DNA of 61,561 nt, filler included, from Circinaria calcarea (lineage: Eukaryota): the NCBI GenBank assembly GCA_051942165.1. It is 17 parts of 17 records of this genome, joined end to end, with 100 filler letters (N's around TTAATTAATTAA, not from the genome) between each part and the next. Parts side by side here need not be neighbours in the genome. Positions count along the whole stretch, not along the records: positions 47,191 to 50,711 come from JAVECS010002776.1; positions 50,812 to 54,329 come from JAVECS010002777.1; positions 54,430 to 57,945 come from JAVECS010002778.1; positions 58,046 to 61,561 come from JAVECS010002779.1; 13 more parts are not named here. One strand, 5' to 3'. A program made the translations under genes and the position numbers. The notes below the pieces were generated by a model that worked only from the letters and a program-made list of their open reading frames with translations, was not told the DNA's origin and searched no databases. Below, one piece after another: positions 49,036-60,949 of the stretch (position 1 is the stretch's first letter; the number at the start of each line of letters is the position of its first letter).

Positions 49036-50711
49036 ATGATGCCGGGAAATGGATACGCAAAGCTCAGTGCTATTTCCCCTCTACCCCCTCGAGACTCCCT
49101 CGAACTTGCGTCGTTGGCATCCTCGACCCCTACAAACCACCGATCCTTAGATTCGTCGTCATCAGGTATATCATCCTCCCGAAGGCTATCCATTTCGAAC
49201 GATGACCCCCTCTCGAACTCCAATGGAGCAACCATAAACCGCCCTGCAGGTCACTCGCGCACCTTTTCAGTAAACTCGGTATTTGATTTTGCGTCAAACC
49301 TACTCCCGTTATCTTCGACAGCCGCCGGATACACCGCTCTTGGTACTCCGCTCTTCAACCCGCTCGATCCTAATGGTCCGTCCCTTGAAAAACACAAATC
49401 TCTCACCTACCTTAATGGTCTTTCGTTAATCGTTGGGTTGATCATCGGTTCTGGCATCTTCTCGTCTCCGAGTCAAGTCAATTCAAACGCAGGATCCCCG
49501 GGCGCCTCATTGATTGTTTGGGCAGTGGCTGGAATACTGGCGTGGACAGGCGCGGCAAGCTTTGCGGAGTTGGGAGGTGCTATACCCCTGAACGGTGGAG
49601 CCCAGGTTTATCTCTCGAAGATATTTGGTGACCTGGCTGGATTCTTATTTACATGGAGCGCGGTACTCGTACTGAAACCAGGTTCGGCGGCCATCATTGC
49701 AATAATTTTCGGAGAGTATGTGGTACGGGCTGCTGTAGGGGCAGACGCGGAAAATGTCAATGTTTGGGTCAACAAGGGCGTGGCGCTGGGAGGTATCATA
49801 CTCGTTACGTTTTTCAATTGCGTCTCTACGAAGTTGGGAACGAGGATGGGTGATATGTTTATGTTTCTCAAATTCGTTGCCCTGCTTGGGATTACCGTTA
49901 CCGGAATCATGGTAGCCGTCACGGGCTTTTCATACAAAGGAGAGATTGCAACAGATTGGAAGACAGAAAGTTGGTTTGCCAATAGCAGTACCGACCTTTC
50001 CAACTGGGCTGTGGCTCTCTACGCCGGCTTGTGGGCATTTGATGGATGGGACAATACAAACTACGTTGTTGGAGAATTCGTTAATCCTTCGAAGGACCTC
50101 CCTCGTGTGATTCACACCGCCATGCCTCTCGTCATCCTATCCTATATACTCGCCAACATTGCATACATCTTTGTCCTTCCCACCGCCACCATCGCATCCA
50201 GTAATACCATCGCGGTCCAGTTTGGTAATGTCATCTTCGGCCCCATTGGTTCTCTGGTCCTAGCGGTGATTGTCAGCTTGAGCTGTTTCGGGGCTCTGAA
50301 TGCAACGACGTTCACGAGCGGAAGGCTGGTCTACGCTGCTGGCAAGGAGGGCTTCTTACCAAGCATTATGGGCAAAATTGGCATGCCAGGCCTGGCCTCT
50401 GGATCAAGTGGGCGGGCAGAGAAGAGGACCGGTATCAGGCGAAGATTGGCTAGATGGATAGGGGATGATGGCGGAGCCATAGGCTTCACGCCAATCAACG
50501 CCATGGTATTCAACGGTCTCGCGACAATGGTCTACATTCTCGTCGGGGAATTCGGAACACTGGTCACTTTCTACGGGGTTGCGGGTTACACATTCTACTT
50601 TACGACGGTGTTGGGGCTGATAGTTTTGAGAGTAAAAGAACCGTATTTGGAACGACCGTATCGGACTTGGATTACAACGCCTATCATCTTTTGCTGCGTT
50701 AGCTTGTTCTT
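49036..50711 (+). CDS. APC-superfamily L-type amino acid transporter (LAT/Mup-like), 3' truncated
   Basis: IVGLIIGSGIFSSP, FAELGGAIPLNGG, GLWAFDGWDN, NPSKDLPR, SGRLVYAAG, TPINA, ERPYRTW, with many TM segments. Divergent from CYC2 across about 300 bp. Confidence 0.93.
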
Positions 50712-50811
50712 NNNNNNNNNNNNNNNNNNNNNNNNNNNNNNNNNNNNNNNNNNNNTTAATTAATTAANNNNNNNNNNNNNNNNNNNNNNNNNNNNNNNNN
50801 NNNNNNNNNNN

Positions 50812-51206
50812 CTCTCCATCTCCACTGTGACCATGTTCCCTCCCGCTTGAGGTAGAGGCTGCAGCGACCAATCTGCGTATCGATCGGCGACGACGGTGCT
50901 GATCATAGGTTTCCCAGCCACAAGCTCAATGCCAGTCTTGATCCATTTCTTACATCCGTTCGCCTTGGGGAGTACGAGGATAAGACCGCCTTGATCGTAG
51001 AGTTGCTTCCAATTAGCCGTCACGGCCACCCGGGCCTTGGTGAAGGACGAGAGGGGGATGGTACGATGGAGGATAGGCGCGTTGAAGTGATCGGTCGAGG
51101 GTGGCTTCTTCCAAACATCAGTACCTGGATGTGCAGTGACTGTGAAGTCGATAGGTAAGTCGGACGGTGCCGTTTGGTCGGTGTTTGAGAACTTGAAGCT
51201 AGACAT
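50812..51206 (-). CDS. DUF1349 (Ree1-like) protein, 3' truncated
   Basis: TDVWKKPP..HFNAP, WKQLYDQGGL, KWIKTGIE, STVVADRYADWSL. Confidence 0.88.
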
Positions 51207-51540
51207 CGTATTCGAATCACAATGATATATCTCGGTAGAGTCGATGATTATATGCCCGCGAGAGAATTAATGCCGCAATTTGTCCCTTATAGATATATTA
51301 AGTACGCATACTCCATATTTGTTTACACCTTTTCACCTCTACCGGAACAGAAACTACATTTCTGGCAATCGCGCTACAACCACCAACCCCACCACAATAC
51401 CCCGCCCACCGCTTTCCCTAATCTCCAAGCAGGACCAGAGCCACCAATTAACTTCCCGATCTTTTTTCACGCTTCGTCCACTTCGGAAAACGCTACCATG
51501 TGATATTCGGCAGATCACCTTTGGATGCCATAGCAGGTTG

Positions 51541-51742
51541 CCAACCACCCTTTGGGTTATCAGTTTGCAGTTCCGAAGAGCGCTTCCATGATCCATTCGG
51601 CAAACCAGCCTTTGCTACCGCAGCGGACTTCCAACCGCCCCTTGGGCTATCAGCCTACAACTTCGAAGAGCGCTTCCATAACCAATTTAGTGATCCTGCT
51701 ACCACCGCTGTAGCGGGACTCCAACTGCTCTTGGGAGCACCA
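51541..51742 (+). repeat. Diverged 90-bp tandem repeat (about 2.3 copies)
   Basis: ccaaccaccctttgggttatcag..gaagagcgcttccat at 51541, ccaaccgccccttgggctatcag..gaagagcgcttccat at 51631, and a partial ccaactgctcttggg at 51721. Confidence 0.75.
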
Positions 51743-53544
51743 GTTTGCGGCTCTAGCTCTGGCTCTGGCTCCGACTCGTGTTTCCACTCCGGTGGGGGGC
51801 AACAGCTTCGATAGCGACACCTGGTACCGAGCGGCGGGTGGCCTCTGCCCAGCCGCTTACTGGCGCGTCGGCAACGGCGGCGGAAGCCACGCCTATGTTT
51901 TTGTTTCTGATCGTGGGGTGTTTCACCAAAGGAAAGGCTTGAAGAGTGCTTGGTGGGGAGCCCCTCGGGCGTTTGGCTAAGCTGAGACTGTAGGCGAGGA
52001 CGAGGGTGCCGGAGACGAGTGGAAGGAGGCCATCTTTGAGATGAGCCTATTGGTGAGGTGACTTCGCAGTTTGAGTTTCTTTATATTGATGAGAAATGAT
52101 GTCAAAGAAAACACGAGTACAAAGTACAAGCGGGACGCGGTGAGGGGCTCCATTCTGCTCTTTCTGAAGCCCGACAGATTATGTGACCGATGGAAATTGG
52201 CGGAGCTAAACTGTCGATTGGGTGCACGATCCCCTTTCAGCTAGGCCCTTGCGGTAATACGTAGATACGTTCCAGTATCGCCAGCTGTGGAGCCAAGGAC
52301 GCTGCCAGGAGTGCCCCAGACTCGTATATCTAACCTCCATCACAGCTGAATACTTTCGCGGTAATGACAAATCCCGATGTAAGGAGGGAATGAGCTTACC
52401 ATAAGGATGATTCTGGTTTTCATCCGCCTAACGAGAGGTGTGCTCCAGAACCGTAGCATTGTAGTAGGCTGATACAGGACATCTCACTGGTGCCCTTGGA
52501 TCTTATCATACAGTCAAACCTCTCTATAAGAATATTGTATGTGTATAAGAATAATCTCCGTATAAAAACGATGTTTCTGGGAACGGAGGTAGGCTAAGTC
52601 AGCATAAGCATTACCTCACTATAGGAATAAACCCCCACATAAGGATACGATATCCTACACCGAGCATATTCTTATACTCCGTATGGAGAGTTTGACTGTA
52701 TTGCCCCTACTGATACGAGTGAACGCAAAGACTGGGGCAACATTTCCGTCTTCCCAACCCGTAAATCAGTCGCTACCCATTCCCAGTTCTGCCCAATCAG
52801 CCATGTTAGCCATCAATATTGGAGGACCCTCCACAGAAATCAAAAGGCATATTTATTTATCGGCTAAGATTACATACGCCGGGATTGCCACCTTTTTTTT
52901 GTCGTGTGTTTTTTTGGTAATGACATTTCTCGTCCTTGTTATCTACAGTCGGTTGGGAAGGAAGATCCAATGTTAGACTTGCCGCACAATCGACATCGAC
53001 CGCGCCAAAAGTGTTGCAATTAAGCGATTATGAATACCGGTAGTAATTACGAAATGATTTACTTGAGCGAACGGTTATCGTATGCATGGAAAGGGAATTA
53101 CCGTATTGGGTATAGTTCAGGGTCGGGGAAATCTTTGCAATGCAGGCGTAAATTTCCTGTATTTCCCATTTGTAAATATGAATACCGATTCGCATTATAT
53201 ATTCAACGAATGGCAAGAGTTTGGCGTACTTCGGTCTGCAAACCTCGCCCCCATCATTCTTACCTTTATAAGTTAAGAATATAAGCTGTGCACAGATACT
53301 AATAGGACGGCTACCCTCAGTTCATATATCTATTCATTATTTTTGCCTGTTGAATTCTTTCTACTGTTTAGGCCTTGTCTCATTGTCATCCGCTACCTGT
53401 GTCACCCCAATCGTCAATCCAGGTGTTGAACTCGGAGCCGAGTCCTACGATATGGTGGCCTTTGGTAATGACTGCTTAATGGAATCGTAATTCACAGTCG
53501 TTCTCGCTGCTCTCCCAATTCTTGAAAACCTATTCCCTGCTGTA

Positions 53545-54329
53545 ATGGATCCAGTCAGTCTTTCCACAAGCATTACGGCATTGCTTCAGCTTACTGGGAC
53601 CGTGGTGAGATATTTACATGATGTCAAAAGTGCTCCGGATGACATGCGCAAGCTCCTGGTAGAAATAAGCAGCATCCGTGGCTTGCTCTCTGGGCTGGAA
53701 GATCTTGCAACACTGGATGACACATGGATAAGTACAATAAAGGTGCTCGATGGCCCGAATGGGCCACTGTCACAGTTTCGACATACTTTGGAGTCCCTGG
53801 CCGCGAAATTAAAGCCAGTCGTCGGGTATGCAAAGATTGGGAGGTCGTTAGCTTGGCCGTTCCAGAAAGGAGAAATCAAGGAGATGCTCGGAGTAATGGA
53901 CCGACAGAAACAGCTGTTCGCTCTTGCATTACATATGGACCATATGTTTGTTTTTATAATGCCCATCCCCAGTCACAGCAGTCAACTAATGATCTAATCC
54001 AAGCGGACTTTCCCGAGAAATTAACGATCACGTCATCGAGCTCCAACAAGGAGTAAACGACTTAAAGATGTCACAAAGCGGTATTTACAATTCTTGTAAT
54101 AGAACATGTTCCAATGCTAAACTTAGCAGAGGCTACACACGAGAAAATCCTCCAATGGCTTTCATCAACTGATCCATGCACAAACCATACCGCGGCATAC
54201 GCCAAGCATGAACCCATGACTGGTAACTGGTTTCTAGAGTCGGAGGAGTTCAAATCCTGGCTGGAACACACGAACGGTATCTTCTGGCTCTACGGTATTC
54301 CCGGATGCGGCAAAACTGTTTTATGCTCC
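53545..54329 (+). CDS. Fungal NLR: HeLo-like/SesA N-terminal domain - NACHT, 3' truncated
   Basis: MDPVSLSTSITALLQLT...VKSAP...LAWPFQKGEIKEML (HeLo-like N), two probable introns, then ILQWLS..DP.TNH, TGNWFLESEEFKSW and Walker A WLYGIPGCGKTVLCS. Confidence 0.9.
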
Positions 54330-54429
54330 NNNNNNNNNNNNNNNNNNNNNNNNNNNNNNNNNNNNNNNNNNNNTTAATTAATTAANNNNNNNNNNNNNNN
54401 NNNNNNNNNNNNNNNNNNNNNNNNNNNNN

Positions 54430-54683
54430 GCGGCCCAACAGGCAGCCCTGACCCTGGGCTCGGGAATCAAGCGGCAGAATCTCTCCACCGCATCCGCACC
54501 ACGATCACACGCCGCTTTGCACTGAGCTCGTGTCAGGTCACGAGCTTCGACCGACATCGTAGCTGCATCAAGATCTGCGACAGGCGCAGCGTCTGCCAAT
54601 GAGGCTGGGGCCGCATCCGCAAGAGGGGCGGCGGTTACAGCGATGGCGGAGGTCAAAAGGACGAGGACTGAAGTGAACTTCAT
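54430..54683 (-). CDS. Small secreted Cys-rich pre-pro-peptide, 3' truncated
   Basis: Signal MKFTSVLVLLTSAIAVTA, an acidic pro-region with an LADAAP repeat ending VEAR, and a mature part DLTRAQCKAACDRGADAVERFCRLIPEPRVRAACWA. Confidence 0.85.
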
Positions 54684-56666
54684 CTTGCCTGCTCAACGAA
54701 TCAGTCAGAATATGTGCCAACGAGGCTATTGTTCAGCTTACACACCTTGAGGTTGATTTTTCGAGAATGGACGAGTGGCAGAAGAGAGAACGCGATTGGA
54801 TTTCTGTAATGAGTCCCGGTTATCGATCAATTCCGTTGCAAAGATGTGGTGAAAGGACAGACGGAGCTGATTTACAGTTGGAAGTTGGTCAAAGTGATGA
54901 AAGCTTTCAACTCGAGGACTTTGGTCTTGTAAGACTGTCGACTGGTGGTGATCGGATTGTTGATGATGGGGAAAGAGAATGAGAACAGGAGCCGATACTT
55001 ATAGCTGGAAGCTCTCCACCATCTCCAGTTGACCCCGCCTGGGACTTTCTACGCCGCCTTGGGCTGCGTCGTCCAGCAGCGAGTGCGTAATCGATATTAC
55101 ACTTCATGGAGGTGGAGGGAGTTCGGATTCCGTCTTGGCACTCCGTATCCAACCTTGGCTTCTCAATCCCGCAGAGAGTGTGCACTTCATCCCGCTCTCC
55201 ATTGAGTCTGTTGAAATTCCATCCCGTCTTGAACTTTATGTCTACAGCAGACTCCGTAGACTCTCTGGAGCCTCGCAGATGAATGAAACCAATATTTCAT
55301 CTCTCGTCATTGTGGGGGCAGTTTCTCGTAAAGGTTCAGAGACTGATCTGAGATAGGTAGAGATTAATAGCAATATTGATGAGTGGAAGGAACACACGCT
55401 GCATCACGGATTTGGACGTACTTACTACGTACAAAACGATCCGACAGAAGGTGCTTCTTAACAAGACAATATTGGGTTTCAATTTTGCTAGTGGAAAGAC
55501 AAGCCAAGGATCTTCTGCTGGGTACATGTAAGACTAGTAAAGGTTAAAAGAGAACGTTCTCAGCCTGGACGACGATCCCTCAGGTACAAGATCATCGGCG
55601 GTACAGATGTGATGGAGAAAAGGCTGGAAATATCCTACATGACGTTTCTTTAACGCAGGTCCGGTCTTTGAGCGCACGCCATAGCTGCAGGCTTAACGTT
55701 CAGCTAGGGCTAAATCGCCCCTAGACCTCGTCAACTGCTTATTATGACTGGCCACAATCGATCCGCCCAAGGTGATCAACATTAATAGACGGGAAGGGCT
55801 TGGCTGACAACGGCGAACGTGGCGTTCTACCCCCTTGAGCCAAGAAGCCGACTCGCATCGAAGTTTGAGAATACGATAGTATACACATGGTGTTGTCTCA
55901 GTTTGCGAGTGTAACGCACATTCCCATGAGGCACATAGCCAATAGACGGCTGAAAGTCTCCAATGAGATCTTGATTGTAAGGTATTGCATCGATATCGCC
56001 TCGTCCCGAAGGTGGAGGCTTTAGCGGCTGACGGCTCTGGCCGGGATGGCGGCGGGAGCGACGGGCACACCACGGAAAAGATCGACCGAGTTACATTACC
56101 AGAAGTCAACTTCAGGAGCAGCCTCGTACAAGTACCTCGGTAAAGCGCACGAGAAGGCCGAACGAAATCCCGTACAAGCAGCAAAGTTCTTTTCTTAAGT
56201 CTTAGTGATTAGAGAAGGGCTGTCAATGGATCCACCAGCACCCTTATGAAGTGTACAACGTAAACCCATCTCCATCAATCTTTGTTTTTTAGTCCCCTGG
56301 GCTGGTTGGTTTTTGTGATGGCGGTGATGATGATGATGATGAGTGATGGGCCATGGTTGATAGTGACGAAAATGTCCCATGCAGCTCAAAGGCACGGATT
56401 AATGAAAAAAGGACGAGGGTAGAAAGGACAGAGGACGGTGTACTCAGGGGGGTGGAGTGGATGCAGTTGAGAGAGCTAGAGCTAGAGCCTAGACTTTCTA
56501 GTTTTCTTAAGTTCATGTATCGAACATGATCCGTCATACACCCCCCTTCCCCTCCCCTTTTAGGACATCCCTTCCTTCGTCCGTCATCTATAAACTTTCC
56601 AGCCATGAGCAGCAAACCAACCACGCCTACACTACACCCACCTCTTTTCCATCCACATTCCTAGTC

Positions 56667-57941
56667 TTACTCCCCCCACTTCTTGGCCACCATTCCCTCT
56701 GGCGGACTCGTTTCCACCCGTCCTTTCCCCACCTCCGCCCAATTCGTACTTAGCGCCGTGCCGTTGCTCTCCTGGTAACTCTTCATCATCGCCCGCTGCG
56801 TATCCGGGTCCGCGCCTGCGAAGAGCTTCTTGAAGAACCCATTCACCGGGTCACCTTCTTCAATGTATTCGTCTTCTTCTTCCTCTTCCTCGGCGGGAGC
56901 TGAGGGGTCAGAGGAAGAGGCGGCAGGTTTCTTGGGTTTCTTCTTCGGGGCGGTAAGATCGGTGGCTAATTTGTCCCAGTTTTTGGGACCGGTTTTGGAG
57001 GATGTGGGATAAGTGGGTACGGAGGTGAGGGGTTTGTTGGTAGTGGTAGGACTGAGGATAGCGCGTTTGACGGCGTCATCGGGGCCAGTGTCTAAAGGGG
57101 TATCTGAGCTTGGGAGGGGTGATGCGCTTTCGATTGATGACCACTTTTGGCCTGGGGTCGCCTTTTGGAGGATGAATTCGACTTTGGTGGACATGATTTT
57201 ATGGCTTGATGATTTGGGGTCAATGGCGGCGAAGAGGGGATCGAGGGAGAAATCAAAGTCCGAGCCTGTGGGGAGGGGAAAAGAGATTGCCATTGATTGG
57301 GATTGAATGTCGATTGTTGCTTTGTCTTTTGGTACACCTTTGGCGAAGAGAGTAACAACGACAGTATCATTGGTCTGGTACCATTCATGGCGGATCTTGT
57401 TCGCCGGGGTTTGTACACCTTCAACCTTCGGCTCTTTGACCGCGGCTGGTTTCTCAACCTTCTCACCCTCCTCCTCGACCTTCTTTACCTCCTTGCCAAG
57501 TGCATCTACGTTGACATCTGGCATCTCCTTGACACCTGCAGCTCCCCTCTCGTCACCTAATTCCAGAGCGTCCAGTTTCCCTTTGACCTTCATTTCCCAA
57601 ATGGGGAGGCTCCCTTCCTTAGGGGTCAACTTCTTGGCCCAGCCGAAGCAAGCCCCAGCATCCGCCCATCTTTCCAGCCCGAACGACGCAATTCCCCGCC
57701 GTAGTTGTGCCTGAGCTATCAACTCCCTTTTTCCACGCTTGTGGGCGAGTACAACAGCGGTTTCAGCATCGGAGAGAGCGAGGGTGTGATCGGGGGGAGA
57801 GGTACGTGTATAGGCAGTAGACCTTTTGATATAGTAATCTACACCTTGAGGATGAGAGGAGATGGCGCGTGTATAGTGGGAGATTGCAGAGGTGAAGTCC
57901 TTGGATGCAAGGGCGGCAGCGCCTTGAGCGGCAGCGTCCAT
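56667..57941 (-). CDS. SGT1: Sgt1 co-chaperone (TPR-CS-SGS), 424 aa
   Basis: N-terminal TPRs; CS domain (IRHEWYQTNDTVVVTLFAKGV); SGS domain (YPTSSKTGPKNWDKL, FFKKLFAGADPDTQRAMMKSYQESNGTALSTNW). Confidence 0.97.
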   Translation of the reverse strand: MDAAAQGAAALASKDFTSAISHYTRAISSHPQGVDYYIKRSTAYTRTSPPDHTLALSDAETAVVLAHKRGKRELIAQAQLRRGIASFGLERWADAGACFGWAKKLTPKEGSLPIWEMKVKGKLDALELGDERGAAGVKEMPDVNVDALGKEVKKVEEEGEKVEKPAAVKEPKVEGVQTPANKIRHEWYQTNDTVVVTLFAKGVPKDKATIDIQSQSMAISFPLPTGSDFDFSLDPLFAAIDPKSSSHKIMSTKVEFILQKATPGQKWSSIESASPLPSSDTPLDTGPDDAVKRAILSPTTTNKPLTSVPTYPTSSKTGPKNWDKLATDLTAPKKKPKKPAASSSDPSAPAEEEEEEDEYIEEGDPVNGFFKKLFAGADPDTQRAMMKSYQESNGTALSTNWAEVGKGRVETSPPEGMVAKKWGE

Positions 57942-58045
57942 GTTGNNNNNNNNNNNNNNNNNNNNNNNNNNNNNNNNNNNNNNNNNNNNTTAATTAATTA
58001 ANNNNNNNNNNNNNNNNNNNNNNNNNNNNNNNNNNNNNNNNNNNN

Positions 58046-59221
58046 TATACAACCCAATGTACGGATTGTTGATCTGTTCCAGCTCACGAAGCAGGCTTTG
58101 ACGCGTCCTATCGAATGCCCGGCAGCAGTGTTGAGCTGCTATTGCTGGATCCAGAAAGTAGAACTGAGCAAATGAAGGCACCTGACCGCCAGGGTGAAAA
58201 CGTCAGGTATAGTGTATAAGCTCACCCTTAATAGTGAAAGACTTATACCCAGCACCAACTCGGTCACCTTCGGCGTATTTGCAGGAGGTAAAGGCCATGG
58301 CAGAATTATAGGCACGAATATGATCACGGAAATGCTGAGCTTCTTCAGACTGTTCGGTGTATAGCGAGCGTAGCCTGACTAGCGGTTCGGGCATCAAATC
58401 AGGCTTGGCCTCACCACCTGCACAGCAAAGAGTGTATTTCTCGTTTGGATCCTTGCTCTTGGTTTCCTCTGCATGCCAGTGCTTCGCCTGAAAATCTCTG
58501 CAGCTGATATCCATCCTACCAAGATCTTGCACAAGGGGGGGGGGTTGGATTCTGAATAAGCCCAGCTTCAGCGCATGTAGGAGATCTACCTCTTAAAGGT
58601 CCTGCTGTTCGGTGTCTTCCTCGCGTAGTTCACCCATTCAAAAGCCTGTCTGCAGCCTCTTGTAGTCCCTCTTGACGTGCTTCTTCTGCAAGAGCTCGAC
58701 GCGCCGCAGCTGCCTGATGCCGTCGTTCTTCCTGCTCTTGCTGCTCCCGGTGCTCCTGTCGGCCTTTTTGTTCCCGTAGCTCCTCTCGCCGACGCCGTCG
58801 ATCCTGCCGTTGCCGTTCAGGAGTAGGGGCCGTATGGTAGGTGAGTGGTGAGCGGCATGAGGCTGATGGTGGCCTTCGAGGAGGAGCTTGAACTTCAATA
58901 CGCTGCCGACGGCGTTCCGGAGAGTGTTCAACGTCCTCACGAATAGTACCCAGGCCATTAACTGCTGGACTGTGTCTCCTGGCTCGTTTGGCAAGCCTCG
59001 GGTGCAGGTTTTGGACGTTGGGATCTCGTTCTTCTAAAGGGCGACGTGTTGCTCGTGCTGCAGCCTATAAACAGTCAGAGAAGTCAATATCAAATTCTTC
59101 TAGATCAAAATACCTTGGCCTTGATGTCCTGAAGCCTGCATGGAAGACAGATGCTATAAGGCTTGCTTCTGCCAACGCGAACGAAAAGTTCTTCTGGCCT
59201 AGATCCCCCACAGCGACGACA
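58046..59221 (-). mobile_element. Decayed Helitron Rep/helicase gene, 5' part
   Basis: LGRMDISCRDFQAKHWHAE, LCCAGG, HFRDHIRAYNSAMAFTS, FTIKGELIH, PSFAQFYFLDP and NPY are typical of the region just upstream of Helitron Rep. Frameshift near 58200 and a stop upstream. Confidence 0.88.
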
Positions 59222-59657
59222 GACCGAGGCGTCGAAAGTATTGAAGTTAAATAGATAACTTTCAGTGTATCTTCAATAAAAGCCGGTAATGAAAATTAAA
59301 ACTATTAAGAAAAAAAAATATCCCGGAATATCGAGAATTTCACGAAGCCGGAAGGTAACCACGTGACTGGGACTTTCTCTTGGCACTTAAGATTTTTCCG
59401 TACCGTGTATTCATTCCGCCATGCTTCCCGCGTATACCTATAGTTTCAAAATGATATAACCATTGCGTATATCAGCCGATTCTTGCAGATGGAGGCTTAT
59501 CTTAATCGCTGAATCAAGTGCTTTAATTTGAGCCTCTATCTATAAAGATACACGATTATTATGGCACTAGGCCATACTGAGTGTGGAACCTCGGAAAGAT
59601 CGGAGGGGTTCCTCCGGTGCTCAACCCTTGGTATGGGAACCATCTAAACATAGGTAT

Positions 59658-59800
59658 TGTTCTCAGAAGGATACGACGGGTGAGTCGTCTAAGCAACCTG
59701 AGCAGCGTAGTATATAGATAGGCTATACCCGCTCTTTAGAATAGCATGCTTATAGACAGCTATATATGGAATAATAATAGATCAATAATACGTTCCTAGT
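59658..59800 (+). mobile_element. Possible truncated solo LTR
   Basis: Begins TGTT, contains TATATA and AATAAT tracts, and ends atacgttcctagt abutting the MITE. No terminal CA or TSD seen. Confidence 0.3.
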
Positions 59801-60166
59801 CAGCGCCGCCAGTAGTCCAGCAGTTCGGACTGAACTGGTAGTCCGGACTGCAGTCCAGACTGCTAGTTTGCACACTGTCAGTCCCAGTCCAAGGTAGCTG
59901 GATTGGACTGGACTGTCAGTCTGGACTAGGTATTAATTTTAAAAGAAATTAATCGTATGGAAAATAATGAGTAGTTTTCGGAATTTTGATTCTCCGGACT
60001 GACGCTAGTCTTAAGCTAATCTTGATTAGGCTTTGTCTGACGTCATATCGTGTAAATTGAGTCTTGGCAGTCCGGACTGAACTGCCAGTCCAGTCCACCT
60101 TTCAGACTGCCAAGCCAGTCACAGTCCAGCCTCTGGACTGGACTGTTTGGACTACTGGCGGCGCTG
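59801..60166. mobile_element. Non-autonomous TIR element (hAT-like MITE), 366 bp
   Basis: Perfect 19-bp TIR cagcgccgccagtagtcca / tggactactggcggcgctg, many subterminal CAGTCC/GGACTG motifs and an AT-rich core. No TSD evident. Confidence 0.8.
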
Positions 60167-60734
60167 GGAGGAGCTATCGACCAAGCGTAGGGCAAAGGGT
60201 CGCAAAGTGGTCGATGATGACGACAAAGAAGAGCAAGAGGAACGACATGAAAGATCGAAAAACAAGTCCAGCAGGAGGAAGGACCCTTTAAGTTCCGAAG
60301 AGGATGAGGAAACCCAGCAGTCAAAGGAGAAACTCAGCAAGTCCAGAAAACCACGTACTCCCACATCCCTATCCGAGGGAGAGGAATCAAGGAAGAAGCG
60401 CAGCAAGGCAATGAAGCGCTCTTTCTCGCAAGAGAACAAAGAAGAAGAAGAAATGCAACATAGCAAGAAGTCCGGTAAGTCTAAGAAGGCCACTTCCGGA
60501 TTCTCATCATCAGAGGAGAAGAAGATGGTAAAGAGAGGGAACAAGAAAAAGCAAGCCGAGAGTGATGAAGAAGAGGAGGAAGAGAGGCCGAAGACCAGAT
60601 CGAGCAGGTCGAGGAAACATGTGAGGAAGAGGAGGAGTAAGCAATGCGGGCTTCAAATGGGGCTTTCAAGTAAGAATCTTCAAGCAAGACAAGAAGGTAG
60701 AAGGAGAAGTCTAACGTTGGCAGGGCTAGGTTAG
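60167..60734 (+). pseudogene. K/E/S/R-rich ORF remnant truncated by the MITE
   Basis: A highly charged open frame starts immediately at the right TIR. The track start lies inside the TIR and is TTG. Confidence 0.4.
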
Positions 60735-60949
60735 ATCACTCAGATTCAGTACTGCGATCCTATAGACGTACGATTTTCCAGGAAAACAGTCATACCCCGT
60801 GCTTGGTTTTCAAGTCTTTGTCCTAGTCCTACTTTTATACCTGAATCTCTTCTTCTATTATCCTTACTGTCCCTTTCATTGTCCCATTTTTCCCCCTTTG
60901 GAAAGGTGCTGTTGTCCCTTCTGTCCTCAATACCCGCTTATTCTCTGTT

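Noticed and set aside
7565..57714. Many antisense or overlapping ORFs in the track (e.g. 9101-9676, 22077-22626, 57307-57714)
   Set aside because: Shadows of real genes on the opposite strand, often with non-ATG starts.
53545..57941. Immune cluster of NLR + secreted peptide + SGT1 (an NLR chaperone in plants and animals)
   Set aside because: The NLR is on a different contig. The peptide gene and SGT1 share a contig, but nothing links them functionally.
3585..58001. Regularly spaced TTAATTAATTAA (about every 3.6 kb) as a CRISPR-like or biological repeat
   Set aside because: Always embedded in exactly 44+44 Ns; it is an assembly linker.
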